From Cyanophora paradoxa CCMP329 (lineage: Eukaryota > Plantae > Glaucophyta): a stretch of 58,799 nt of DNA. The position numbers and the translations under genes were made by a program. Under the pieces are notes generated by a model. It worked only from the letters and a program-made list of their open reading frames with translations, was not told the origin of the DNA and made no database searches. The DNA lies in NCBI GenBank assembly GCA_004431415.1, contig QPMI01000337.1, positions 1 through 58,799 on the forward strand, written 5' to 3'. The first letter of the stretch is position 1, and each line of letters starts with the position of its first letter. This document shows, in pieces, positions 38,638 through 52,086 of this stretch.

Positions 38638-40120
38638 ATGCTGAGCATGCAGCAGCCGCGCAGCCTGCACGGTTCCGGAGGCCCGGCCGCTAGCATATAC
38701 GGCACGTCCCTGCCGCCCGTTTCAGCCAGCGGCGTTCCCAGGAGCACCGCAGGGCTTCAGCCGCAGTATCAGCGAGCACAGACCGCTCCAACGCGCACGT
38801 GGTCGCCCTCCAGCCGGCGTGCCAACGTGTCGCGCGGGTCCACCGCGCTTTCTGGACCGGCGCTCTCGGATGCCAGCACGGTTTCGTCCCGTCTCGTCCC
38901 GTGGTTTGTCATCTCTGGCCACCTCATCGGCAACGAGCTGCGTAGCGATCGCTCTAGGGCGGAGCAACAGTCCACGCGGGTTCGTTTGTGCCCTGCTCGT
39001 CTGCTAGCGCTTGGACCTTCCCTGACATGGCCCTAAGCTTTACAACGGCGGTGGAGACTCCAAGCCTTCGATCGGCCAATTAGTCCGCCTGCGCGTGCAG
39101 CTTCGGCAGCAGATGCGCGCCGGCCCTTCGAGGCACTGGTCGCTGAACCGCTGTCGAGACAACCTCCATGAAACGAGGAGACCGGGCCAGCCGCTGCTGC
39201 GGGAGTGGATCTGCGGGTCAGCAGGGCGGCTCTCGAACAGCGTCGAGCTCGTGGGGGAGATCTCCGAACTATACGGCAAATCCATCGTTGCATACGTTCG
39301 CGCCCTCCCTTTCCTTGGCGCTGCGAGCCGCGACCTGACGCGAGCCGCGCAGGTCGAGCCTAGCGATTCTTCGTGCCCTATAGGTACGGGAACCCGGCAT
39401 CTGATTCAACTGCCCATGCGCTGATTGCCCGCACTGCCAGATCTCGACTGCGCACCGATAGGCGCGCCGGCGACGTTCGGCTGGCAAGTCGAGCTCAACT
39501 ACGACCCGTCGGTCGGCAACTGGTTACTCGCCACTATGCGCTTGGTGAGTCGCCCGGCCGATCGAGCAATTTCACCGGGCAGATCTATAAGCCGCCTCGT
39601 TCCAGGTCCCCGCAACAAGGCCGCCCATCAGCGCCACCGGCTCAATGCAGATAATCAAGCAGCTGGTATGCCCAGAGGTTGCTTGAGCGAAAGCATATCA
39701 AGCCCCGCGCAGATCGTTGGAGGTATCCTTTTGGCAAACGACCCAGTTGTCTACGAGTTACGAGGGGCCCAGTGCGCCCCGCGCGGCGCCTAGATTCACC
39801 GTGGCGCCCCTCATGTATGTCCTTGCAGATTCTCGGCTACGATAGACGCCACGGGCTGCCTGATGTCTGGAGATCACTACTTCCAGTCCCCCGGTAGCTT
39901 CTGCGCGGCGTGCGCAAGGTACCTGCTTGGAAGAAAAAAGGAGGCCTTGCCCTGCGTCGACGGCTGGTCCGAGGTCATCGTCGCGAGGTTTGCTCCCCCC
40001 CCCTCGCCCCCTTCCTACCCCTCTGTTCGCTTCTTCTTGCAGATGACGCTCTGTGCGCTTCAGGCTCGGCAAGTCCCTCGCTTCTCTGGCGGCGCCGCAG
40101 CTAGCCCGCGCAGTTCGTAG
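38638..40120 (+). CDS. probable multi-exon orphan gene
   Basis: ATG divergent from SEC23 and a chain of GT-AG-bounded open segments, e.g. SVELVGEISELYGKSIVAY|VEPSDSSCPI|DLDCAPIGAPATFGWQVELNYDPSVGNWLLATMRL, IIKQL|IVGGILLANDPVVYELR. Full structure and stop codon not resolved. Confidence 0.35.
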
Positions 40121-40126
40121 CTGAGT

Positions 40127-40756
40127 TCACAGTAAAAGCGCGATCAACACAGACAGGACGGCACCAGTCCCGACCACGAATATCAAGAATCGCGCGTATC
40201 GCCGCTTGGAGTCCGCCAGCGCCGTCTCCAGCGCCTGGATAGCCGACTCATGCGCGCCACCAGAGGCATCCAGGGCCCGTACGGACCTCGATGCGGCCTT
40301 TGGCTTGCGAGAGTTCCTCCGTGAGCATCGCTGCGCCCAGAGGGGAGTTTTAGGGCCCCGTGCAATGATCATGAATTCGAACCCTAAAAATTAGTCTGGC
40401 GCAGCTGTTTTCCTTGCGTAGCACTGCAATTTCTGCAGGTGTTGCTCGCGCTAACGTTTCGATCTCGAGATCGGAGGGGCGCCGGGAGCCCGGCCGCGAA
40501 ATCAATTTTCGCTGCTCGGGCGTCGCTGGACGCCCCTCGAGCTCCGCGGAGGGGCTCGGCGTGCGTGCCACCTGCGCGTTGAGGCGGAGCATCATGCTGC
40601 GCATACGCACGCGCTCGCGACGCCGGCTCGACGCGCGGCGCGGGCGATGCGGACCGACTGGGCGTGTTCTTCAAGCTCTCGCCGCATTTCGTCGCTGAGG
40701 CGCTCGAGGAACGGGTTTCGCGCATCCGTCTTGGGCGTGGGCGCCGGCGAGCTCAT
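40127..40756 (-). CDS. small coiled-coil tail-anchored membrane protein (orphan)
   Basis: Reconstructed MSSPAPTPKTDARNPFLERLSDEMRRELEEHA..MMLRLNAQ..EIAVLRKEN..MLTEELSQAKGRIE|ALETALADSKRRYARFLIFVVGTGAVLSVLIALLL*. Single C-terminal transmembrane helix. Confidence 0.55.
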
Positions 40757-40808
40757 CTCGAATGAACAATCGTTGGGAGGGGGGCGATCTTGAGGGGGTA
40801 GAGCAGCG

Positions 40809-43800
40809 ATGTCGGGCCATGCGGACCCCGGCGGGACCTCCTACAGAAGCATCCGGCCGCCTCCGGAGAGGTCTCGCATCCACGTGGGCGGCGGCTCCTC
40901 GTTGTTCAATGCCGACGCGAAGAAGCTCATGCAGTCGAGCTCCACTTCGTCGCTGGCGATTGATGGCGCAGGCCCTTCCACGCCTTCTGATCGGGCATCA
41001 AACAGCGCCAGGTCCGGGCACCCCAATGTCCCGCACGCTGCACGTACGCTGAGGTTTGCTTTCGCAGCGCCGAGGAGCCAGCGCGAGTAGAATGCCGTCT
41101 AGCTCAGAGCCTCGTATCTATCGTACTCGATCCCCGGGTGCGCTGCTTCGCTGCCTCCGGGTGCCCGCGCCGACCGCCCCGTGCAGGCGCCCCCGCCTCC
41201 GCCCGTACAGTTCAACCCACCGAATCTAGCATCTTTCCCGGGTTCCGATATCACGCGGTTCTCCTTTGACCGGTATCTGGAGCTGCTCAGCCAGGTTCGC
41301 CGTCTTTTGGCGGTCTGAAAACCGCGTTCTCGCTGAGCGGCGCGGCGCGCAGAAGCAGCTATGGTGGTCGCACACGGGACAGAAGAAAGTCGGTGCGTCG
41401 GACTCGTCCACGAAGCCCGACGCGCAAAGTGGTGCGCCCCGCGTCGCGGTGACGCCGAGGATGCCGATGCGTGGCTCACACTCGTGCTGCAGCTGCGGAA
41501 GGGGTCGCAGAGTGCATGAGGGTCGTTCCGGACGTGCGCCGCTCCTCGAATGATCACTTTTTTCGCTTCTCACATCCCGGCCGCAGTTGTACTTCAGGGA
41601 GTCCTTGCACTTGGAAGAACCGTTCACGTTCAACGCCGCATTCCCGATGCGAGAGAGCTTCAGCGAACTCGACGAGAAGGTCTGCGCCCAGGACGAATGA
41701 TGCCGCTGGCGCTCACAAGCCCTGCTCGATCAGCTCCAGCGATGGCTCGACTGCGTGGAGGTGCAGCTGATCAAGCAGGTCTCCGCGCGGTCGGATTCCT
41801 TTTTCTCCGCGCTCGAGAACCTGCAAGAGCTGCACGTGGAGGTCGGCGACGTCGTGAAAGAGATCTCCACGCTCCGGTGCCGGCTGCAGTCCTCTTGCCC
41901 CTCCCGACGCGCGGCCGACGCGCGCGCGCAGGAGGAAGATGCGGCAGCTGGACGAGTCGGCGGTCGTCAGCTCACTGAAGGTGTTCAAGCTCAGGCGGCA
42001 GCGGCAGCACGCCGCGAACCTCTACACGAAGGCGCGCCGGGCCGCCCCGAGCGGGGCGACGGCCGCTGACGCGCGCGCAGCTGAAGCTGATCAAGACGGT
42101 GAGGCAGACGCAGCCGACGATCCAGCTGCTGTTGAGCACGAGCGACTACGCGGGGGCCCTCGACCTCATCTCCTCCACCCAGAGCGTCCTCCGCACGCAG
42201 CTCGCCGGCATCCAGGCCTTCCGGTGCCCCCGCGCCCCCTTCCATCGATTTCCTCCGCGCACCACGGGGGGGCTGAGCGGGCAGCAGGCACCTGTCGCAC
42301 GAGCTGGCGGAGAAGGTGGTCCTCATCGAGAAGATGATGTCCGCCGAGTTCGTCCAGCTCGCCGTCGACTCCATCCGCCGCTCCCAGGCGCGCCCCGCCC
42401 CCGCCCCGTCCCCCGCCCCTCCGACCCCCGGGGCAGGAGCCGGCGGGGTCGGCGGTGAAGAAGAGCGCCTCGAACTACGCGCTCGCGGACGGCATGAAGC
42501 GCTCCCCCTCCAACTACGCCGTCGCCGACCCCGTGCGCCGCCCCGCCCCGCCGCCGCCCGCCCGCCCCGCCGACGCCGCGCCAGGACGGGGACGCGAACG
42601 AGCGGATGATCCCGCTGCTGCTGGGCCTCACGCGCAGCGGCCGGCTGGGCGGCGCGCTGCAGGCCCTCCGGGAGCGGCTGGGCCATGAGGTGAAGGCGGC
42701 GATGAAGCAGGCGATGGTGGCGGCGTGCCCGCGCCTCGCCCCGGGCTTCGGCCCCGGGGACGAGGCGGGGGCGCTGGAGCGGGACCCCGCGCTGGGCCCC
42801 GACGGGAGCGTGGCGGGGGAGGCGGGGGCGCTGGGTGCGCTGCTGGCGGAGCTGGGGCACGAGGCGTTCATGGGGTGCATGGCGGGGACGTACGCGTCGC
42901 TGCTGGCGCTGTTGCGCCGCTGCGCCGCCATCCGCGACCTCGTCGCCTCCCTCCTCCAGGCCCTCGCCCCCGACGACCCCTTCGCCCCGCCCCTGCCCCC
43001 GTCCCCCGCCTCCGGCCCCGCCCCCTCCCCGCCCCCCTCCGCACCCTCGCCCCGCGGCCCCGCCTCCGCCACCCCGTCCCCCGCCCCCGGCGCCGGCCCC
43101 TCCTCCAGCCCTGGCCCCGCTCGCCCCCCCTCCCCGAGCCGGCAAGCCCGGCCCCCTGTCTCCGAGCCGCGCCGCCTCTGACGCCCCGCGCAGGCCTCCG
43201 CCACCGCGCGTTTCTCCCCTCGCTCCGCTCCGCCCCGTCCCCTCCCCTCTGGCCGGCCCCTCGGCGCTGGCGCACGGCGCGCCGTCGCCGTCCCCCGCGT
43301 GGCCGCCGCCGGCCCCGCGGGCCTTCGCTCCGATCGGGGCGCCGCCGTCCCCGGCGGGCCAGGCGGCGGCCACGCGGGAGGCGCAGCTGGCGGCGGAGGC
43401 AGCGGAGGCGGTGCAGGCGCTGTGCGAGGCGGTGCACCAGCGCTGCGCGCGCGTGCTGGCGCTGCGGGCGGCGGCGCACGCGCGCCTCTCCTACCCCGAC
43501 TTCCTGGCCCTCTACGAGGCCACGCGGGCCTTCGTGTTCGCCTCCGAGGAGATCTCCCGCCGCAAGTGCGTCACCCTCCGCGGCGCCCTCCTCGCCCAGG
43601 TGCCCCGCCCGCCCCGCCCGCCCCGCCTCCTCCGGCCCGTGGCGCCGACGCGGGGGTGCGGGGCAGGCGAAGGCGTTCCTGCAGGGGATGCACGCGGGAC
43701 GGCTGGCGACGCTGCAGGTGCTGCTGGAGAACGAGAGCTGGGCGCAGGCCGACGTCCCCTCGGAGTTCCAGGAGCTCCTCGACGGCGTCCTCCGCCTCGC

Positions 43801-45067
43801 CGCCCGCCCCGCCGCCTCCGACGCCGACGCCCCCGCCCCGGCCCCGGCCCCCGCCCCCGCCCGCCACCCCGACGGCCCCGGCGCCGTCCAGAAGCGGGCC
43901 AAGATCGGCACAGCCTCCTTCGCTGTCGTCAACACCGTCCTCATGCTCCTGCAGGCGCGCCGGGCCGGGGCCGGGGCCGTCTACTGAGGCGCGGCGGGGC
44001 TGACGGGGCGGGGCCGCAGATGGTGTCGGACTACCTGCAGTGCGGGGCGAGCCTGCCGGTGCTGGCGACGGACGTGCTGACGAAGCTGGCGGAGCTCGTG
44101 AAGGTCTTCAACCAGCGCTCCTGCCAGCTGCTGCTCGGCGCCGCCGCCATGCAGGTCGCTGGCCTCAAGTCCATCACCGCCAAGCACCTCGGTCCCCGCC
44201 CCGCCCCGCCCCGCCCCGCCCCGCCCCACCCCGCCCCGCCCTCACGCGGCGCCCCGGCAGCGCTCTGCTCGCAGTGCCTGAGCCTGCTGATCGCCCTCCT
44301 GCCGCACATGCGGGCCGCCCTCCAGGTCCGCCCCCGCCCAGCCGGCGCCCCCGCGCGGCCGCGGCCTGGCGCGGGCCGAGGGGGCGGGCCAGGGGAGCCT
44401 GCAGGCGAAGCACCACGTCCTCCTCTCCCACCTCGACCAGGTCGTCGCCGTGCGCGCCCCGCCCCGCCCCGCCCCGCCCCGCCCCGCCCCGCGGGGCCCC
44501 CGACGCGGGGCAGGACTACGAGGAGCACCGGGCGCAGATCTTCGCCAAGCTCGTCTCCATCATGAGGGACCGCTGCGACCCCTGCGCCAAGCAGATCCTC
44601 GTCCGCCCCCTCCCTGCCCCCCCGCCCCCCGCGCGGGGCGGGGCCGAGGGGCGGTGCAGTCGCAGACGTACGACGGGGAGGCGGGGGCGGCGCTGGGGGC
44701 GCCGAGCGAGGCGATGAAGGCGCTGGTGAAGGGCGTCGGGGACCTGCACCGCGTCCTCTCCCCCATCCTCCCCGCCGACCAGATCCTCGTGCGCGCGCCC
44801 CGCCGGCCCCCGCCGCTCGGGCCGCCCCGGCTGAGGGGGCGGTGGCAGGACGTGCTGGAGCGCGTCTTCGGGCTGGTCTCGCTGCGGCTGGCGGAGCACT
44901 TCGCGGCGGCGCCCGTCGCCTCCTCCATCGGCAAGAAGCGCGTCCACGAGGAGCTCGCCGCCCTGCTCACCGCCGCCGAGCGCATGGGCGTCCGCGAGGC
45001 CGGCCTCGCCGCCCTCGACAAGGTCAAGGCCAGCCGCTTCCCGCAGGGCCTGCCCCCGCCCCGCTGA
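40809..45067 (+). CDS. VPS54: GARP complex subunit Vps54
   Basis: LQRWLDCVEVQLIKQVSARSDSFFSALENLQELH, VRQTQPTIQLLLSTSDYAGALDLI, LLENESWAQADVPSEFQ, VFNQRSCQLLLGAAAMQVAGLKSITAKHLALCSQCL and DYEEHRAQIFAKLVSIM. Confidence 0.95.
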
Positions 45068-45293
45068 CCCCCCAACCCCCACCTCGCACCCACCCCATCC
45101 AGCCCTCCGCTTCAAGCTCCCTAGCACCCCGCCCCCCTTCCTTTCCACTACCACTGTCCCCGCCGCCTCTCGTCGGATGTGCAGCAATCCCGGCCAGACA
45201 TCCCGAAATAGTATGCGGGCTGCCGGGCTGGGCGCCGGGGCGAGAAAGCGTGACAAGATATGGGAGGTGAGGGGGGCCTGGGGGGAGGGGCCG

Positions 45294-47827
45294 CTAGGGC
45301 TCCCCGAGGTCGCTGAAGGCGGCGATGCCCAGGAGGACGTGCGCCCGCCGCGTCTGCTCCTGCACCCCCTCCCGGATGTACCCCCGCAGCGTCGCCAGCT
45401 GCCGGCCCCGCGGTCAGCGGCGGGGCGGGCCGAGGGGCGGGCCGGGGGGGCGGGCCTCCTGCTGGAGGGCCTCGACGGCGGCGCGCTTGGCCTCGAGGCG
45501 CGCCTGGAGGCCCTCCGCGCGCCCCTCCAGCTCCCGCCGCCCCGCCTCCGCCGCCTCCCGCTCCACCGCCGCCGCCGCCTCCGCCCGGCCCCGCTCCTCC
45601 CGCTCCCCCTCAGCCCCGCCTCCAGCGCCCGCCGCTCCGACTCCCGCCCCTCCGCTCCGCCCGCAGCTCCGCCCGCAGCTCCTCCCGCTCCGCCTCCCGC
45701 GCCCCGCGCTCCTCCTGCCCCGCGCCCCGTCAGGCCGGCCTGCAGGCGCAGCCCCCGGGCTGGGGCCGGGGCGCGCCTCGAGCAGGCGGGCGTGGGCGGC
45801 GCGCTCGTCGGCGGCGGCGCGGAGGGCGTCGGCGAGCTCCCGCGCGAGCCGCTCCGCCTCCCGCCGCGCCCGCTCCCCCGCCGCCCGCTCCTGCTCCGCC
45901 TGCCCCGCCCGCCCCGCGTCGACATCGGCCCCCGGCACGCCGGCGCGGCGCGCGCCGCACCGCGAGGGCCCGCCGCGCCGCCTCCGCCGCCTCCCGCCGC
46001 TCTGCCACCTCCGCCGCCGCCTGCGGGGCGGCGTCGGGGCGGAGCGGGGCGGGAGGGACGGGGGAGCGGGAGGGGCCGGGCGCACGCGGGCCTCGTCGAG
46101 CTGGCGGCGCAGCTCGCGCGCCTCCTCCCGCTCCCGCCCCAGCGCCTCCTGCACCCCCGCCGCCTCCTGCGCCCCGCCCGCCCGCTCGCCGGCGGCGCTG
46201 CGCGGTGCGGGGCGGCGTCGGGCGGGGTGCGGACGGCGCGGAGGTCGGCGAGCTCGTGTTCTGCGGCGCGGAGGCGGCCCTCCAGCGCCCGCGCGCGCGC
46301 CTCCCCCTCCGCCCGCGCCCGCCCCGCCTCCTCCTCCACCCGCCCCCGCTCCTCCTGCGCGCTCGCCCGTCGGCCCCGGCCCCGGCCCCGCGCCCCGGCT
46401 CCACCGCGCGCGCCTCGAGCTCGAGCCTCCGCCGGTGCTCCGCCTCGAGCCGCTGCCGGTACTGCTCTCTCTCCGCCTCGCACTCTGCGGCGGGGGTCGG
46501 TGAGGGCGCCCCCGGGTCGCGGGGGCGGCACGAGAGGACCGGCGGCTCGCAGGCGGAGGGCGGCGAGGTCACGCTCGAGGCGCGCCGCCTCGCCCCGCGC
46601 CTCCTCCCGCTCCCGCTCCGCCTGCAGCCGCCCCGCACCCTCTGCCTCACCCCGCACCTCCAGCTGCAGCCCCCAGATCAGCGCCCCTTGGCCGGCGCTG
46701 CCTCAGGGCCCGGGCAACGGCGCACCTCGCGGGCGCGCGCCTGCGCCTCGCGCCGCTCGTTCAGCGCCGCCGCCCGCTCCCGCTCCGCCGCCGCCCGCGC
46801 CCCGCCTCCCGCTCCGCCGCCGCCCGCGCCGCATCCGCCTCCTGCCGCGCCGCCGCCGCCGTCCGGCGCGCCTCCTCCGCCTCGGCCCCTGCGCGGGGCG
46901 GCTCGCGGGGCGCGGGGGCGGCGGGGGCGCGGGGCGGTGCCGCACGCAGGGCGCGGGCGGCGTCGTCGAGCGCGGCGAGCCTCTCCCGCAGCGCTCCGAC
47001 CTCACCCGTGGCCGCCCCGCTCGCCTGCCGCCCACGCCCCGCGCCGTTCGCCACGGCGCCGGCCAGGTGCTGGGATCGGAGGGGGGCGCACGGAGGGCGA
47101 GCGGGGGGTGCTCGGCCCCTGGGCGGGGGCGGGCGGGGGCGCTTCCGGTGCGGCGGTGGATGCCCAGGCGGCGCGTCGGTTCCTGCTGAGGATCTCGTCG
47201 ATCTCCTCCTGCTGCCCCGCCTCGCCACCGTTCCCCAGCACCTTCAGCTCCAGCAGCCGCGCGTTGCCCCGCTGCGCACGCGCGCCCGTCAGAGCGGCGG
47301 CGCAGTCAGTGTAAGACTGCCGCCGCACCAGGGCGTCCGCGAGGGCCGCCACGCCGTCGTGCCCGAGGCAGTTCCACGAGAGGTCCACGCTCTTCAGGCG
47401 AGGGCCCTCGAGCAGGCGCAGCAGCGCCGGGACAGATAGGGCGTCGAGCTGGTTCGAGCGCAGGTCCACCTCCACCAGCTGCTCGTGGTGCGCGAGCTGC
47501 TCGCAGAGGGCTGTAAACGGTCCGTCCACGCGGCGCCCCAGGTTGTTCCAGTCCTGAAGCGCGCGTCGGCCGCAAGCGCAAGCGCGCAATTCGGCTGCGA
47601 CGCACCATATGAAGACGCTTCAGCTGCGAGCACCTGCGCACGAGTGCCGAGAGGCCCGCGGCGTCCTCGAGAAGATTGCCGGTAAGCCGCAGCACGCGCA
47701 GCTGATTCTGCAGGTCCGCGCGCTCCTCGGTGAGCAGCTCGACCGCTTGCGGGCCGAGCTGCATGTACGAGAGGTCCAGCTCGCCGGAGCGCGCCGCGTC
47801 GGCGAGACGGAACGCGAGGGCCTCCAT
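45294..47827 (-). CDS. LRRC45: LRR + long coiled-coil protein, LRRC45-like (basal body)
   Basis: RI-like LRRs (LRVLRLTGNLL, LKRLHM|DWNNLG..FTALCEQL, VDLRSNQL, VDLSWNCLGHDG, LLELKVLGN) followed by an E/R/A-rich coiled coil. TAG at 45294-45296. Confidence 0.75.
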
Positions 47828-48025
47828 CCCGCCCACCCCGCTTCCGTGCAGCAGCAAAGGCTAGCTAGAGCATACGCAGCACACGTATGCAGGTCGCGGA
47901 CGACGAGCTAAACGGCCCGCCTAGGAATCAGCGTATCCCCCTTTTAGCAGACTGAGCCAGACTCTGCCAACTCATAGCAGGAGCCTGCGCTTGACCGCAC
48001 GAGGGAGCAGCTTGAGGCGGCACAG

Positions 48026-49806
48026 ATGGCGGATCCCAAGGCACGCGGTGCCGCAATCCGCTCGCTGGAGGTCCGCTATCTCAGTCTCTCGCGCGGAGTA
48101 GGGCCGGCTTGGCCGCTGTGCACCTGTAGGCGTACTCATTGTGCTGTATCGCGCAGAGCGATACCAGCCCCTTCGTCATGATGGAGGACATCCTAGAAAA
48201 GCTGAAGCTGCTGGATTACGAAAAGCACTTCTGCCACATGAAGTGCGGAAGCAGATCAAGCTATTCTTGTGCACCACTAACGATGTCTGGCCTTCGCCGC
48301 CGCAGGAACTTCAAACCACTGACGCGGCAGTTCTTCGCACTCCCTCAGTCCAATCCAGCAGAGCAGTTCTACACATTTGCGTCCCTAGTATCATGGCTGA
48401 TGGCCAAGAACCAGCACTTCTTCCCAGCGCCAGGCCAGTTCGACGACCCTAACTCCACAGCTACCAACATACGTGCGCCCCCCCGAGCTGCGCACACACC
48501 CCGTCTGACAGGCAACACGTGCGCCTGTCACAGTGCAAGAGCTAAAGAAGATGGGCTTCGCGACGGACTTCGCGCCGGCGAAGCTAAAAGCTGCGCACGG
48601 GGAGGCAGTCTGCGGAGTGCTCAACAACCTGCTGGATCAGACGCTCGAGAGCGAAGGATTCGCGTTCAGGAAACCTATCTACCCACAGGAAGCGTGCGCG
48701 GCGTGGCTGGTCGGGCGAGCGGGAGGGCGTGGGCGTGACGGGGGCGGTGTGGCGGGGCGCGCAGGGCGGAGGAGGAGGCGGTGATGGACGAGGACGGGGA
48801 GGCGGACCTGGCGGAGATCGCGGACGAGGCGGCGGGCAGGCGGCCGCACGACGACGACAGCGAGGAGGAGTACATCAACCCCGTCGCCGCCAGCAAGGCC
48901 AAGGACGAGCGCGAGAAGTGCGCCCCCGCCCTCGCTCCCGCCCGTCTGGACGAGCGGTCGGGGCAGGGGCTGACGCATGGCGCAGGGCGGCGGTGCAGGG
49001 CCCCATCCAGACGGCGATCGACCCCGAGAAGTGGCGGCTCGAGCTGGAGCGGGTGGAGCCGCAGCTCAAGATCGTGCTGGCGTCGGACAACAAGGAGTGG
49101 CGCACGCACGTCGAGCAGACGCGGCTCCACCAGGGCATCGTCAACCAGGCGATGCCCGAGACGCGCTCCATGCTCGACCGGATCGGGAGCGACGTGCACG
49201 GCGCCCTCGAGAAGATCCAGACCCGCGAGAAGTACATCAACAACCAGCTCGACGGCAGGGCGCGCCCGCCCCGCCCCGCCCCACCCCGCACCCGCCCCCG
49301 AGCCCCGCCGCGCCTGACGCCGGGGGCAGATCGGGGACTATCGGGCGGTGCAGGAGCGGCTGAACGTGCTGACGTCGGAGTTCGAAGCGCTGCAGCAGAA
49401 CGTGAGCGGCCTCGCGGAGCAAAAGACCGCCCTCGACGAGGCCCTCGAGAAGATCCGGGTGCGCAGCTGCGCGGGGCGCGGGGCGGGGCGCGGGACAGCG
49501 CTGACGCCCCCGCAGCAAGACATGGACAACCGCAACGGGTCGATGACGGACACGGCGCCCGTCGTCAAGATCAAGGCCTCCCTCCAGAAGCTCAAGGCCC
49601 GCCCCCCCGCCCCTCGCGGCCCGCGCGCGCCGCTCACGGCGGCGCAGAACGAGAGCAAGCTGATGGAGATCCGGATCGGCGTGGTGGAGCAGACGCTGCT
49701 GCAGGCGCGGCTGAAGAACAAGATGGCGGCGGCGGTTGCGCCGAACCCCGCCAACGCCTCCATGGAGTTCGCCCGCGGCGCCGGCCTCGACCAGGAGGAC
49801 TACTAG
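48026..49806 (+). CDS. IFT57: intraflagellar transport protein 57
   Basis: MEDILEKLKLLDYE, NPAEQFYTFASLVSWL, QFDDPNSTATNI, PAKLKAAHGEAVC, WRLELERVEPQLK, KEWRTHVEQ, LEKIQTREKYINNQL, MTDTAPVVKIKASLQKLK and MEIRIGVVEQTLL. Confidence 0.96.
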
Positions 49807-49884
49807 CCCGGCTCGTTCGGCCGTGTACAATACAGCAGCGCGCGGAGACCAGGCGGGGCGAGGCCGGGCGGCAGGGGGCGGGGG

Positions 49885-51883
49885 CTAGGCGGGGAGGGAG
49901 CGACCGGGGGCGTGCCAGAAGCGGGCGCGGCAGATGTTGGGCCCGTGCTCGAGGTACTCTGCGCGGGAGACGGCGAGCTGGCGGTAGGCGGCCTGCTGCG
50001 CGAAGAGGGAGCCGCCCTTCCACGCCGCCGTCAGCGGTCTGCCCGGGGCCGCGCCGTCGGCCGCGGGGAGGCGGGGGCGCGGGGCGGGACGGGGCGGCAC
50101 GTGTCGGAGAGGGCGACGGTGAGGCCCGTGCTCGCGGGGAGCAGCGCCCGCAGCTCCGACTCCCTGCCCCTCCTCCCGTCAGCCGCCCCGCGCCGGCACG
50201 GGGGGAGGGCGGGGCGGGGCGCGCAGGCGGGGGAGGAAGCCCTGGAAGAGGGCGCTGCCGCCGAAGCAGAGGACGTTGGTCTGCACGGCGCGCGCCATGT
50301 GCGCCGGGCACGCCCCCGCCGCCTCCGCCGCCGCCTCCGCCAGCCCGCCCTGCCGGATGCCTGCGGGGCGTCAGAGCATGGAGCGGACGGGGCGGGACGG
50401 GGCGGGCCGATGTCGGAGGGGCGGAAGAGGAGCTCGGGGACGGCGATGCGCTCGTTGTTCATCGACAGCACGTACTCCTCGCTCTTCGGCTCCTCCTTCT
50501 TCTTCGCAGCCGCCTTCCGCGCCGCCGCCGCCGCCGCCGCCGTCGCCGCCGGCGCTCCGCCGTTCGCTGCTGCCGCTGCTGCTGCTGCCGCTGCGGCGGC
50601 GGCGGCGGCGGCGGCCTCGGCGGCGGCGGCCTCGGCGGCGGCCTTCTTCTCCTCCTCGATGCGGCGGAGCTTCTCGCGGATGTGCTCGGGCTCCTCCCCC
50701 TGTCCGCCCCTTGAGGCGCGCTCGAGGGCGGCAGGCGTGGGCGGGGCGAGCGGGGGGCACCCGGATGTAGCCTACGTTGGAGGTGACGAAGTCGGGGAGG
50801 ACGTACTCGCGGCGGAGGGCGCCGCTGCGGCGGCAGGCCTCGAGCTCGCGGGGGAAGTCCTGCGCCACCAAGCAGAGCTGCTCCTTGACGTCGTTCACCG
50901 TGTACCCCTCGTCCATCATGTTCCAATGCCGGTACGAGATCGACTCCTTCAGGAAATTCGTGAGCACCTTGCCCCCGACGTCCACCCTGCCGCCCCCAGC
51001 CGTCGGCGCCCGGCCCCCGCGCACGCCCCGCCCCCGCGCGCGCCCCGCGCCGGCGGCGCACCGGCGGACGCCCGGGAGGAAGGGGGTGCCCGCGAAGACG
51101 GGGACGGCGTGGGAGAAGGAGTAGCCGGTGTCGAGGACCAGGCACCCGGCGCTCCGCGCGATCGCCGACTCGGGGTGCCGCGCCCGATACTCCACCAGCG
51201 CCAGCGCCGCCGCTGGCCCCCCGCCCTCAGCGCGGGGCGCCGGCGGCGGGGGCGGGGCCGGGGGCCGGCACCGCTGGCGCAGTACATGGACTGGAAGCCG
51301 TACTCCTCGTACGCGACCTCGTACGTGCGCACTTGGATCGGCTCCGGCGTCAGCGGCGGCTCCGTCATCAGCAGGCTGCACTCGCGCGGCTCCACCTGCG
51401 CGCCCCCGTCGGCCCGCGCCCGCCCAGCGCCGCCGCCCCGCGCACGTCCAGCACGTTCTTCAGGGCGCGGTTCCAGACGGTCTTCTCGGCGTCCCAGTTC
51501 GTGAGGTAGCCCTGCGGCGCCGGCGGTCAACCGCAGGGCGGGCAGGCGAGCGGGCGGCCACGGCGGCGGGCGCGCCATGTCAAAGGGCCTCCTGAACGAC
51601 ATGCCGCTCGTCTCCATGCACTCGAAGACCTCGTCGCCCACGTACAGCCGCCGGTCGTTGCGCGCTTTCGCTATGTAGTTCGGCATGATCCTGGCGCGTA
51701 TACGGCGTCAACGCGAGCGCGCGCGAGGCGTGCAGGGGCGCCAGCTGCGGCGCGTCCGGACCTCGCAGGCTCCGCCTCTCCGGCGAGGCCGACTTTCGCC
51801 GATCCCGCTCCATTGTCTATCACGACGACGCGTGAGAAGGAAGATGCGCCGGCAGCGCTCGCCCCGCCGCCGCGCCGGGACAT
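49885..51883 (-). CDS. ARP6: actin-related protein 6 (SWR1 complex)
   Basis: VVIDNGAGSAKVG, RRPFDMGYLTNWD, LLMTEPP, CLVLDTGYSFSHAVP, VDVGGKVLTNFLKESISYRHWNMMDE, REYVLPDF, NNERIAVPELLFRPSDIG, AWKGGS and EYLEHG. Confidence 0.93.
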
Positions 51884-52086
51884 CCCCTACGTGCGAAGCC
51901 CGTTCAGCTAAAGATTGCAATCTACAAAACTGAAGCGTTTGCGAGCTCCTGTCGTGCGTGGTTCGCGCTTCGCCACTTTGCTGCTGTACTCCCCCTTGCA
52001 AAAAAGAAGCGCAGCTTTGAGAACGGATCCCGGCGCGGCGTGGGTGCAGCACAGGTCGATCTACAGTGCTTGGAGGCCCTCAGGCC

